From Flectonema sp. DT1601 (Eukaryota), in contig OZ025786.1 in assembly GCA_964019425.1 (NCBI GenBank), positions 310,001 through 374,000 on the forward strand: a stretch of 64,000 nucleotides of DNA, read 5' to 3'. Positions 49,335 through 60,227 of this stretch are shown piece by piece (positions within the stretch are counted from its first letter, which is position 1; the number at the start of each line of letters is the position of its first letter). The notes under the pieces were generated by a model that saw nothing but the letters and a program-made list of their open reading frames with translations, searched no databases and was not told the DNA's origin. Made by a program: the position numbers and the translations under genes.

Positions 49335-50012
49335 AGGATGAATATTTGGACAAGATCCTCCCAGTAGTAACTTAGTGTTATTACTCTGCCCCAACCCCAG
49401 TTGTTTATTTCCCTCAGTTTCTCCCCCCCTCTGTATTTCGCAAGCCGCGACTGAGATAGTTCTCGGAAGCTGTAATCGGGTTTATTCTTCGCATATTGGG
49501 TGTCGAGAAAAGGCGAGGTAATTGAAAACCTGCGTATAACGAACGATTAAAGTACAACCAGTTAGATTGTGTGTAGGCTAACATTGGTTCTTAGAAACTC
49601 TTTTTAGACATTTCTTTTTTTTTTTTCATTTTCTTCCATTTCATCGGTATAACAATTCGAGGTGTCTCTTGTTCTCTGTGTCTGTGTTGACTGTGAGAAT
49701 TGAGAGCCTTTCGTATTTGTTATTCATTTCAAACGATTATAAGTAATTGTGATTATTGTGAATTCGTAAAACTCATTTTCTTCAAGGGAAAACAAGATGA
49801 TGTCATTTTGAAGGGCGATGGTTGTGTAAGTAGAGATGGCTCTTCACCATTTTCACTAACTGTGTACATTGTGACACAGCTGCTGCAATGATTGTTGAGA
49901 ATCTTGTTCGGAAGCACCTTACTACTGTTGTCTTTCTTGAACCATTGATTACAGAGTGTCCCTCGCCGTCAGCTTCTTCCCACAGATTCAAACACCCGTT
50001 TTCTTTCAAAAA

Positions 50013-51236
50013 ATGAACACCCTCCGCATTGTGTCTCGTCAGGTGAGAGCGCTGACTGTTGTTGCAGGTGTCAGAAGCAGCGCCCCGGCATTTGCCACGC
50101 CCACCCTTCAAGTGAGAACCGCAAAGAAGGTTGCGAAGAAGCCAGTGAAGAAGGTTAAGAAGGTTGTGGCAAAGAAGGTGAAGAAGGCCGCTTCCAAGAA
50201 GCCGGTGAAGAAGGTTAAGTCTGTCTCCCTTAAGAAAAACGCCGCAAAGAAGGTTGCTGCTGCTAAGAAGGCCGTCGCTTTGAAGAAGGCAGCTGTTGCT
50301 AGAGCAGCGAAGAAGGCGGGAATTGCCAAGAAAGCAAAGAGAGTTGCTGAATTGAAGGCAAAGAAGACAGCGAAGAAGGAGAGACTTGCAAAGAAGGCTG
50401 TTGCGTTGAGAAAGAAGACTGCTGCACAGAGAGCCAGAGTTGCGAAGAAGAATGCTGCGGTGAAGGCTGTGAAGGCTGCTAGAAGAGCAAGAATCGCAAA
50501 GAGGAAGGCCGCTCTTAAGGCTAAGGCTGCTGGCAAGAGAGCAAGAATCGCAAAGAAGAAGGCCGCCCTTAAGGCTAAGGCAGCTGGTAAGAGAGCAAGA
50601 ATTGCAAAGAAGAAGGCCGCCCTTAAGACTAAGGCAGCTGGTAAGAGAGCAAGAATTGCAAAGAAGAATGCTGCGGTAAAGGCTGTGAAGGCTGCTAGAA
50701 GAGCAAGAATCGTAAAGAAGAGAGACGCAAAGAGAGAGAAGCTTGCCAAGAAGAGAGCCGCTGTTCAGAAGAAGAGGGACGCGAAGAAAGCCATTAAGGC
50801 CTCTGGAGCAGTAGGCCCTTACTCCTTATTTGTGCAGAAGACTACTTCCGGCAAGAAGGTTAAGACTGACTTAAAATCTGTAGCTGCCGAATGGAATGTA
50901 TGTATTGCGTAGTAATTACGAGTAAAGTTTATATTTCTTACTGTTTTAATTCGGAATTACAAGTTCCTTTCTGAATTTGAAATCAGAGATTTAATTAATC
51001 AACAACAGGCATTGAGTGAGGGACAGAAGAAGACTTACCGTGACCAAGCGAAGAAGAACCTCGCCGCAAGAAATGCCACCAGGCAGAGTCTTAAGAAGAA
51101 GCCGACGAAGTACGCTGTCTTTGTGAAGAAGAACTTTGCCGCCGCCTTCGCGGATGCGAAGAAGACTAACTCTAACATCAAGGCAGCTTTCAAAGTTGCA
51201 TCCGCGGCTGTTGCAAAGAAGTACAAGAGCCAGTAA
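50013..51236 (+). CDS. KAP-like H1/HMG protein, copy 7, 370 aa; exons 50013-50897 and 51009-51236
   Basis: Same structure as copy 1. Confidence 0.9.
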
Positions 51237-51912
51237 AGGATGAATATTTGGACAAGATCCTCCCAGTAGTAACTTAGTGTTATTACTCTGCCCCATCCCC
51301 AGTTGTTTATTTCCCTCAGTTTCTCCCCCCTCTGTATTTCGCAAGCCGCGACTGAGATAGTTCTCGGAAGCTGTAATCGGGTTTATTCTTCGCATATTGG
51401 GTGTCGAGAAAAGGCGAGGTAATTGAAAACCTGCGTAGAACGAACGATTAAAGTACAACCAGTTAGATTGTGTGTAGTCTAAAATTGGTTCTTATAAATT
51501 CTTTTTAGACATTTCTTTTTTTTATTCATTTTCTTCCATTTCCTCGGTATAACAATTCGAGGTGTCTCTTGTTCTCTGTGTCTGTGTTGACTGTGTGAAT
51601 TGAGAGCCTTTCGTATTTGTTATTCATTTCAAACGATAACAAGTAATTGTGATTATTGTGAATTCGTAAAACGCATTTTCTTCAAGGGAAAGCAAGATGA
51701 TGTCATTTTGAAGGGCGATGGTTGTGTAAGTAGAGATGGCTCTTCATCATTTTCACTAACTGTGTACATTGTGACACAGCTGCTGCAATGATTGTTGAGA
51801 ATCTTGTTCGGAAGCACCTTACTACTGTTGTCTTTCTTGAACCATTGATTACAGAGTGTCCCTCGCCGTCAGCTTCTTCCCACAGATTCAAACACCCGTT
51901 TTCTTTCAAAAA

Positions 51913-53073
51913 ATGAACACCCTCCGCATTGTGTCTCGTCAGGTGAGAGCGCTGACTGTTGTTGCAGGTGTCAGAAGCAGCGCCCCGGCATTTGCCACGC
52001 CCACCCTTCAAGTGAGAACCGCAAAGAAGGTTGCGAAGAAGCCAGTGAAGAAGGTTAAGAAGGTTGTGGCAAAGAAGGTGAAGAAGGCCGCTTCCAAGAA
52101 GCCGGTGAAGAAGGTTAAATCTGTCTCCCTTAAGAAAAACGCCGCAAAGAAGGTTGCTGCTGCTAAGAAGGCCGTCGCTTTGAAGAAGGCAGCAGCTGCT
52201 AAGAAGGCCGTCGCTTTGAAGAAGGCAGCTGTTGCTAGAGCAGCGAAGAAGGCGGGAATTGCCAAGAAAGCAAAGAGAGCTGCTGAATTGAAGGCAAAGA
52301 AGACAGCGAAGAAGGAGAGACTTGCAAAGAAGGCTGTTGCGTTAAGAAAGAAGACTGCTGCACAGAGAGCCAGAGTTGCGAAGAAGAATGCTGCGGTGAA
52401 GGCGGTGAAGGCTGTGAAGGCTGCTAGAAGAGCAAGAATCGCAAAGAAGAAGGCCGCTCTTAAGGCTAAGGCTGCTGGTAAGAGAGCAAGAATCGCAAAG
52501 AAGAAAGCTGCGGTGAAGGCTGTGAAGGCTGCTAGAAAAGCAAGAATCGTAAAGAAGAGAGACGCAAAGAGAGAGAAGCTTGCCAAGAAGAGAGCCGCTG
52601 TTCAGAAAAAGAGGGACGCGAAGAAAGCCATTAAGGCCTCTGGAGCAGTAGGCCCTTACTCCTTATTTGTGCAGAAGACTACTTCCGGCAAGAAGGTTAA
52701 GACTGACTTAAAATCTGTAGCTGCCGAATGGAATGTATGTATTGCGTAGTAATTACGAGTAAAGTTTATATTTCTTGCTGTTTTAATTCGGAATTACAAG
52801 TTCCTTTCTGAGTTTGAAATCAGAGATTTGATAATTCAACAACAGGCATTGAGTGAGGGACAGAAGAAGACTTACCGTGACCAAGCGAAGAAGAACCTCG
52901 CCGCAAGAAATGCCACCAGGCAGAGTCTTAAGAAGAAGCCGACGAAGTACGCTGTCTTTGTGAAGAAGAACTTTGCCGCCGCCTTCGCGGATGCGAAGAA
53001 AACGAACTCTAACATCAAGGCAGCTTTCAAAGTTGCATCCGCGGCTGTTGCAAAGAAGTACAAGAGCCAGTAA
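51913..53073 (+). CDS. KAP-like H1/HMG protein, copy 8, 349 aa; exons 51913-52734 and 52846-53073
   Basis: Same structure as copy 1. Confidence 0.9.
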
Positions 53074-53752
53074 AGGATGAATATTTGGACAAGATCCTCC
53101 CAGTAGTAACTTAGTGTTATTACTCTGCCCCAACCCCAGTTGTTTATTTCCCTCAGTTTCTCCCCCCCTCTGTATTTCGCAAGCCGCGACTGAGATAGTT
53201 CTCGGAAGCTGTAATCGGGTTTATTCTTCGCATATTGGGTGTCGAGAAAAGGCGAGGTAATTGAAAACCTGCGTAGAACGAACGATTAAAGTACAACCAG
53301 TTAGATTGTGTGTAGGCTAACATTGGTTCTTAGAATCTCTTTTTAGACATTTCTTTTTTTTTTTTTCATTTTCTTCCATTTCCTCGGTGTAACAATTCGA
53401 GGTGTCTCTTGTTCTCTGTGTCTGTGTTGACTGTGTGAATTGAGAGCCTTTCGTATTTGTTATTCATTTCAAACGATAACAAGTAATTGTGATTATTGTG
53501 AATTCGTAAAACTCATTTTCTTCAAGGGAAAGCAAGATGATGTCATTTTGAAGGGCGATGGTTGTGTAAGTAGAGATGGCTCTTCACCATTTTAACTAAC
53601 TGTGTACATTGTGACACAGCTGCTGCAATGATTGTTGAGAATCTTGTTCGGAAGCACCTTACTACTGTTGTCTTTCTTGAACCATTGATTACAGAGTGTC
53701 CCTCGCCGTCAGCTTCTTCCCACAGATTCAAACACCCGTTTTCTTTCAAAAA

Positions 53753-54982
53753 ATGAACACCCTCCGCATTGTATCTCGTCAGGTGAGAGCGCTGACTGTT
53801 GTTGCAGGTGTCAGAAGCAGCGCCCCGGCATTTGCCGCGCCCACCCTTCAAGTGAGAACCGCAAAGAAGGTTGCGAAGAAGCCAGTGAAGAAGGTTAAGA
53901 AGGTTGTGGCAAAGAAGGTGAGGAAGGCCGCTTCCACGAAGCCGGTGAAGAAGGTTAAGTCTGTCTCCCTTAAGAAAAACGCCGCAAAGAAGGTTGCTGC
54001 TGCAAAGAAGGCCGTCGCTTTGAAGAAGGCAGCAGCTGCCAAGAAGGCCGTCGCTTTGAAGAAGGCAGCTGTTGCTAAGAAGGCCGTCGCTTTGAAGAAG
54101 GCAGCTGTTGCTAGAGCATCGATGAAGGCGGGAATTGCCAAGAAAGCAAAGAGAGCTGCTGAATTGAAGGCAAAGAAGACAGCGAAGAAGGAGGATAAGG
54201 CTGCGCTTAGCTCCAAGGCTGCGAGTAAGAGATCAAAACTCTCAATAAAGAAGGCCGCTGTGAATGATGCGATGAAAGCAAGGCTCGCAAGTACGAATAC
54301 TGCGCTTGGGGCTAAGGCTGCAAGAATCGCAAAGAAGAGGGCCGCTGTGGCCAAAGCAAGACTCACAAGGAAGAGGATCGCTGTGATGTTGAAGGCTTCC
54401 AGGAAGAGAGCTGCTCTGAAGGCCAAAGCTTCCAGGAAGAGAGCAGTACTCGCAAAGAAGAGTGCCGCTCTGAAGCGCAAGATTACCGAAAAGCAGGCCG
54501 CTGTTCAGAAGAAGAGAGAAGTTAACAAAGACATCAAGGCATCTGGTGCCGTAAGACCATACTCCTTGTTTATCCAGAAGACTACTTCGGGAACTAAAGT
54601 GAAACCTAATTTAATGTCCATAGCTGCCGAATGGAATGTATGTATTGCGTAGTAATTACGAGTAAAGTTTATATTTCTTGCTGTTTTAATTCGGAATTAC
54701 AAGTTCCTTTCTGAGTTTGAAATCAGAGATTTGATAATTCAACAACAGGCATTGAGTGAGGGACAGAAGAAGACTTACCGTGACCAAGCGAAGAAGAACC
54801 TCGCCGCAAGAAATGCCACCAGGCAGAGTCTTAAGAAGAAGCCGACGAAGTACGCTCTTTTTACGAAGAAGAACTTTGCCGCCGCCTTCGCGGATGCGAA
54901 GAAGACGAACTCTAACATCAAGGAAGCTTTCAAAGTTGCATCCGCGGCTGTTGCAAAGAAGTACAGAGCCAGTAAAGGATGA
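53753..54982 (+). CDS. KAP-like H1/HMG protein, copy 9, variant, 372 aa; exons 53753-54637 and 54749-54982
   Basis: Diverged middle (EDKAALSSKAASKRS...NLMSIAAEWN); a 1-nt deletion changes the C-terminus to KYRASKG*. Confidence 0.85.
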
Positions 54983-55927
54983 ATATTTGGACAAGATCCT
55001 CCCAGTAGTAACTTAGTGAAAGGATGCATTTGTGGCATATGATAAAAGTAGAGAATGTCTTGCATCAGGTAATGGGATAACTGTTTTTGTGAATTCTGAC
55101 TGTGAAATTTAACAAGCCATTCGGTATTTTCATGTTAATAAGTGAAAGACTGCTTAAATTAGGAGTGACGGAAAATGAATAACAAAATAATTCATCATTC
55201 TCCCAGTGGTGACTTATTCGTCACTAATGCTAAATGCGTATGATTCTTTTTTAAATTCTTTTTACTTTGTATAAAAAAACAAGAATTTAAAAAGTTATGA
55301 CGGCCTCAATTTAGTAGGGCTACTGACTCATACTTACCTGTAGCTGATTTGACCGAACCCTATTTTAGTTTTTTCTTTTTATTTTTTAAGTTCAAGTTGC
55401 GTTGCATTTAATTGCAGTATCAAGTTACCACTTTGCGCAAGGGTAATTGAAAACCTGCGTAGAACGAACGATTAAAGTACAACCAGTTAGATTGTGTGTA
55501 GGCTAACATTGGTTCTTAGAATCTCTTTTTAGACATTTCTTTTTCGATTGCATTCCGCGTTTCCACGGTATTGGAATTCGCAGTCTCTTGTTCTTGATAT
55601 CTGTGTTGTGAGATTTGAGAGTCTTACGTATTTGTTATTCATTTCAAACGATAACAAGTATTTTTGATTATTGTGAATTCGTAAAACTCATTTTCTTCAA
55701 GGGAAAGCAAGATGATGTCATTTTGAAGGGCGATGGTTGTGTAAGTAGAGATGGCTCTTCACCATTTTCACTAACTGTGTACATTGTGACACAGCTGCTG
55801 CAATGATTGTTGAGAATCTTGTTCGGAAGCACCTTACTACTGTTGTCTTTCTTGAACCATTGATTACAGAGTGTCCCTCGCCGTCAGCTTCTTCCCACAG
55901 ATTCAAACACCCGTTTTCTTTCAAAAA

Positions 55928-57079
55928 ATGAACACCCTCCGCATTGTGTCTCGTCAGGTGAGAGCGCTGACTGTTGTTGCAGGTGTCAGAAGCAGCGTCC
56001 CGGCATTTGCCGCGCCCACCCTTCAAGTGAGAACCGCAAAGAAGGTTGCGAAGAAGCCAGTGAAGAAGGTTAAGAAGGTTGTGGCAAAGAAGGTGAAGAA
56101 GGCCGCTTCCAAGAAGCCGGTGAAGAAGGTTAAGTCTGTCTCCCTTAAGAAAAACGCCGCAAAGAAGGTTGCTGCTGCTAAGAAGGCCGTCGCTTTGAAG
56201 AAGGCAGCAGCTGCTAAGAAGGCCGTCGCTTTGAAGAAGGCAGCTGTTGCTAGAGCATCGAAGAAGGCGGGAATTGCCAAGAAAGCAAAGAGAGTTGCTG
56301 AATTGAAGGCAAAGAAGACAGCGAAGAAGGAGAGACTTGCAAAGAAGGCTGTTGCGTTGAGAAAGAAGACTGCTGCACAGAGAGCCAGAGTTGCGAAGAA
56401 GAAGGCCGCTCTTAAGGCTAAGGCTGCTGGTGTTAGAGCAGGAATCGCAAAGAAGAATGCTGCGGTGCAGGCTGTGAAGGCTGCTAGAAGAGCAAGAATC
56501 GCAAAGAAGAAGGCAGCTCTTAAGGCTAAGGCTGCTGGTAAGAGAGCAAGAATCGCAAAGAAGAGAGACGCAAAGAGAGAGAAACTTGCCAAGAAGAGAG
56601 CCACTGTTCAGAAGAAGAGGGATGCGAAGAAAGCCATTAAGGCCTCTGGTCCCGTAAGCCCTTACTCCTTATTTGTGCAGAAATCTACTTCCGGCAAGAA
56701 AGGAATGGCTAACTTGAAGTCTGTAGCTGCCGAATGGAATGTATGTATTGCGTAGTAATTACGAGTAAAGTTTATATTTCTTGCTGTTTTAATTCGGAAT
56801 TACAAGTTCCTTTCTGAATTTGAAATCAGAGATTTAATTAATCAACAACAGGCATTGAGTGAGGGACAGAAGAAGACTTACCGTGACCAAGCGAAGAAGA
56901 ACCTCGCCGCAAGAAATGCCACCAGGCAGAGTCTTAAGAAGAAGCCGACGAAGTACGCTCTTTTTACGAAGAAGAACTTTGCCGCCGCCTTCGCGGATGC
57001 GAAGAAGACGAACTCTAACATCAAGGCAGCTTTCAAAGTTGCATCCGCGGCTGTTTCAAAGAAGTACAAGAGCCAGTAA
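55928..57079 (+). CDS. KAP-like H1/HMG protein, copy 10, 346 aa; exons 55928-56740 and 56852-57079
   Basis: Same structure as copy 1; unique 3' flank marks the end of the array. Confidence 0.9.
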
Positions 57080-57831
57080 AGCGAGTGAAACGATTTCTAT
57101 TTCTTAATAATGTCATTCCCTAGCGACTGTTTACTATAACACCTCTTACTTGATTGTTGCTTTTCTTGTCCCCTACTTAGATATTCCTTTCATTTTTTAT
57201 TTTTATTTTAGTTTTTTTTTTATTTCTTACTGAAAATTTAATTCTTACATTTTTTTTTCTTTTTTTTTGAAAAAAACAATCCTCGACTTTGTTTGTAGAA
57301 CAGTGAAGTCTTGTCAAAAAGGAAAAAAAAAAAGATGAAAAAAAAACAAAAAAATAAATAAATAAATACTAATGTAAGTTAAAGAAACTACAAAAGCATT
57401 CGTCGAATATAAATGTAAAAAACTGTTTAGTTTTTTTTCTCTCTCTTTTTTATTGTAGTTTGCAATTGCAACTTGTGACAGTTAACTATTTCTTTTTATT
57501 CTTTTTAGCATTTTTGATGTGAAGTACGGTGAATACGACAATGTATAATAACGGTTGATGGTAAGGGAAAGAAAAAACTTACCTGGTACGCTCAAATGTT
57601 ATTATCAAAGTGCTTCTTTTCACTTGTTTACAGAGTCTTTTTTCGATCTCAGATGCAACGCGAAGGCTTTTGAAGCTTGTCAGTCAGTGGTTTAGCTTCT
57701 GAAAGCTAAAGCCATAATGACATTTATCTTATGTTCAGATGGAAACCATGCAAAGTCCATTCTCAATTATTATTGTTATGCATTTGAGAATGCAAGTATT
57801 TTGACGTTAACTATAATACAGTAAAGCAGTT

Positions 57832-58572
57832 ATGGAGCATCTACCGGAGAGTTGGAGATGTGAGAAATTGATATGGCTGACTGAATCATTTTGTTTTATG
57901 GATGGTGGTGGGCTATGGATAGTCTCACAAGTCTGTAAGGAATGGAGAACTGCAGCAACTAGTGATGACAATATTTGGATAACAGCACTATCACAACTGT
58001 ACAATAAACTTCTTGGGAGATACTTAATAGGCAGCTTTCACAGATCTAAAGCTGTCGAAAATTATGGATGGAGGCAGAGATGGGCGATAGAACTTCGAGA
58101 AATTCGTAAATATAACAAGTCAGCTAGGCTGATTGATAATGTTCCTAGTGCGGTGTTGGTGTCAATGTTTTCATTGCTTCCTGGTTGGTTTGATAACAAA
58201 TCGTTTAATCCCAAAGATGCTGTCAGATTGGTAGAGAACTATTTATCTGTAGCCAGAACCCTTTCGGTTATAGGTTGCGTTAGTATAAGTGATGTTGTTC
58301 ATAAGCTGGATACTGATTCTCAAACAGTTGAAAACATATTGGAATCTCTAGCAGAATACAGTCCTCATACACATATCTCTTGCTATCGTCAAATAATAAA
58401 ATCTGCAATGCAATCATTGCATTGTTTTTTTCTTGCAGCATCAACTAGTTTTGGTCTTGACGATACCGAAGACAAATTTGATTGTGCGCATGATATCCAG
58501 GTATTTTATATGGTGACACCTCTGAGAGTGATACGGTTCATAATAGATGATGTTTCCTTTGATAATCCTTAA
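57832..58572 (+). CDS. F-box domain protein
   Basis: N-terminal LPES...FCFMD...LWIVSQVCKEWRTAATSDDNIW matches the F-box pattern (LP...L..vs.VCk.Wr....d..lW). Confidence 0.75.
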   Translation: MEHLPESWRCEKLIWLTESFCFMDGGGLWIVSQVCKEWRTAATSDDNIWITALSQLYNKLLGRYLIGSFHRSKAVENYGWRQRWAIELREIRKYNKSARLIDNVPSAVLVSMFSLLPGWFDNKSFNPKDAVRLVENYLSVARTLSVIGCVSISDVVHKLDTDSQTVENILESLAEYSPHTHISCYRQIIKSAMQSLHCFFLAASTSFGLDDTEDKFDCAHDIQVFYMVTPLRVIRFIIDDVSFDNP

Positions 58573-58672
58573 TCCTCTTGTGAGTGTTATTCTAGCATTT
58601 TTAATACACGAAAGAGATCTAAACCGAATACCTTTATTGTTATTGTTGTTCAGCTATACCAATGTACACATT

Positions 58673-59953
58673 ATGAACGACTTAATAGTATCAAGTGAGT
58701 ACTTTGATGATTGTATTGGTGAAGACATAGACGATGAGATGAATGAAGACATCCAAGAGGAAGAATACAACTCTTCAGGGTCGGAACATTTAATAGAGAA
58801 AGAGATTGAAGCGGATGAAGAACTCTGCGATCCAGAGTCAAGTTGTCAGCAGAGCCCTCACAGCAATGATGAAAAACATAGTGATGCTGGGTACGTTGAA
58901 GAAGATGAACCAAAGGATCAAAAAATACCAAATCAATCAAACAGTGGCAGCAGTAACGAAGACCCTATCCATCATCGTCAGTCAACAACTCAGGACGATG
59001 ATAATTTCAAAGAAAACAGTCAGAGTTTATCAAATCATGAGAATGAAGAACTTGAACATATTTCTGAAGAAGATGACTCCGTGGCGATACCACAACGAGT
59101 TCAGAGTTCAGAAAATCAACAATCTAAAGAGACAGAATTACTATTGTCAGCTACAATCACAGCTGGTGACACTAATCAATGCTGTGATAGTAATGTTCTT
59201 GAAGAACGTGATGATGTTTTAGAAAATTGTGTTTCGGATTCTGTGACGTCGTCGTTTCACGACTACCAAGAAGTCGAACAACGGGAACAGCAATTGGACG
59301 AGTTTGAACATCGAACTGAATCTGATCTTATCGAAGAGGATCAGAAAGAAGAAGAAATGATTGATGTCGATGACGCTTACGACGATGAACCAACTCCGCA
59401 AGTTGCTTCAGAAGCAACGAGAGAAAAACGAATATCAAATTCTAGCAGTCAAGGCCAACAAGAACATAACACTGTTGGTGAAATACTAATACGGAGTCAA
59501 TCACTTAGTGCGGTGAACTCAGATACTGTTGAGCCATCTTTCCCATCCTCTGATAGTAATCGTTTGCAAAGCTCTCATGAAATTACTGAAGAAACTTATG
59601 CTGTTGAGATACAGCCTCTCCCTGCAAGTCAGCTTCGCAGAGGACTTGTGTTGTGTAAGAGAAATGTTCCGTCAGTACAGTCGAAGTTCAGAAAATATAA
59701 AAAAACAGTCGGTTCCAACAGGACTTTTGGTATCTCTCCTCAGTCTCAAATTAGTCGTTTGCTTGACCACACAGTGTCTACAATGAAAGTTTATTTGAGG
59801 CCTTCTCCTCCTCGAATTCAGCAACAGCAGCAATATTCTCGAAAAATAGTTCCGAGACCTCCTCCGAGACCTCAGCAGTCTGTTGGTTTTCCGCGACAAC
59901 GAAATTCAATATTTCTGAACTGGCAAATAGATCCCGGCTCTCTATTACTTTGA
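58673..59953 (+). CDS. Acidic low-complexity (probably disordered) hypothetical protein with a basic C-terminus
   Basis: Long D/E/S/Q-rich ORF. ATG 58673 is preferred because ATG 58547 overlaps the F-box gene and an acceptor-like ttgttgttcag ends at 58653. Confidence 0.8.
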   Translation: MNDLIVSSEYFDDCIGEDIDDEMNEDIQEEEYNSSGSEHLIEKEIEADEELCDPESSCQQSPHSNDEKHSDAGYVEEDEPKDQKIPNQSNSGSSNEDPIHHRQSTTQDDDNFKENSQSLSNHENEELEHISEEDDSVAIPQRVQSSENQQSKETELLLSATITAGDTNQCCDSNVLEERDDVLENCVSDSVTSSFHDYQEVEQREQQLDEFEHRTESDLIEEDQKEEEMIDVDDAYDDEPTPQVASEATREKRISNSSSQGQQEHNTVGEILIRSQSLSAVNSDTVEPSFPSSDSNRLQSSHEITEETYAVEIQPLPASQLRRGLVLCKRNVPSVQSKFRKYKKTVGSNRTFGISPQSQISRLLDHTVSTMKVYLRPSPPRIQQQQQYSRKIVPRPPPRPQQSVGFPRQRNSIFLNWQIDPGSLLL

Positions 59954-60227
59954 AAAGCTTTTCTTTATCAATTCTTTTAGACTTTCTTATTAGAGGTAAA
60001 GGTTCTTTTCAGAATCTTTTTTTTTTTTTTATAGAAAAAAAAAAAATCTTCTCCGCCTCAAAATAAAATTTACACAACTCTGTTTGGAAAATTAGTTTCG
60101 ATCTTTACATTTTTAAGTGAAAATCTTTTTACTTAGAAAATTAGTAACGGCTTCTTAGTAACAATATAGTCACTCAGGTTAACTGATAGATAAAATAAAA
60201 AAATAAAACACATGACAAGGTTATTAG

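Larger units (their letters stand above)
38115..57079 (+). repeat. Tandem gene array of 10 units, ~1.84-2.18 kb each
   Basis: ATGs at 38512, 40468, 42368, 44261, 46271, 48129, 50013, 51913, 53753 and 55928; near-identical introns and ~680-nt spacers. Confidence 0.97.

Noticed and set aside
38607..56604. Long minus-strand Phe/Ala/Leu ORFs (e.g. 38607-39302, 44356-45105) resembling membrane proteins
   Set aside because: They are antisense shadows of AAG/GCN-rich codons, which lack stops on the reverse strand.
38115..57079. CRISPR array or assembly artefact
   Set aside because: Units are ~1.9-kb intron-containing genes with no short repeat-spacer pattern or cas genes. Each unit has its own variant combination, although the exact copy number still needs long reads.
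58547..58672. Hydrophobic N-terminal signal or TM on the acidic protein
   Set aside because: It overlaps the F-box stop and translates T-rich intergenic acceptor sequence; ATG 58673 is more plausible.
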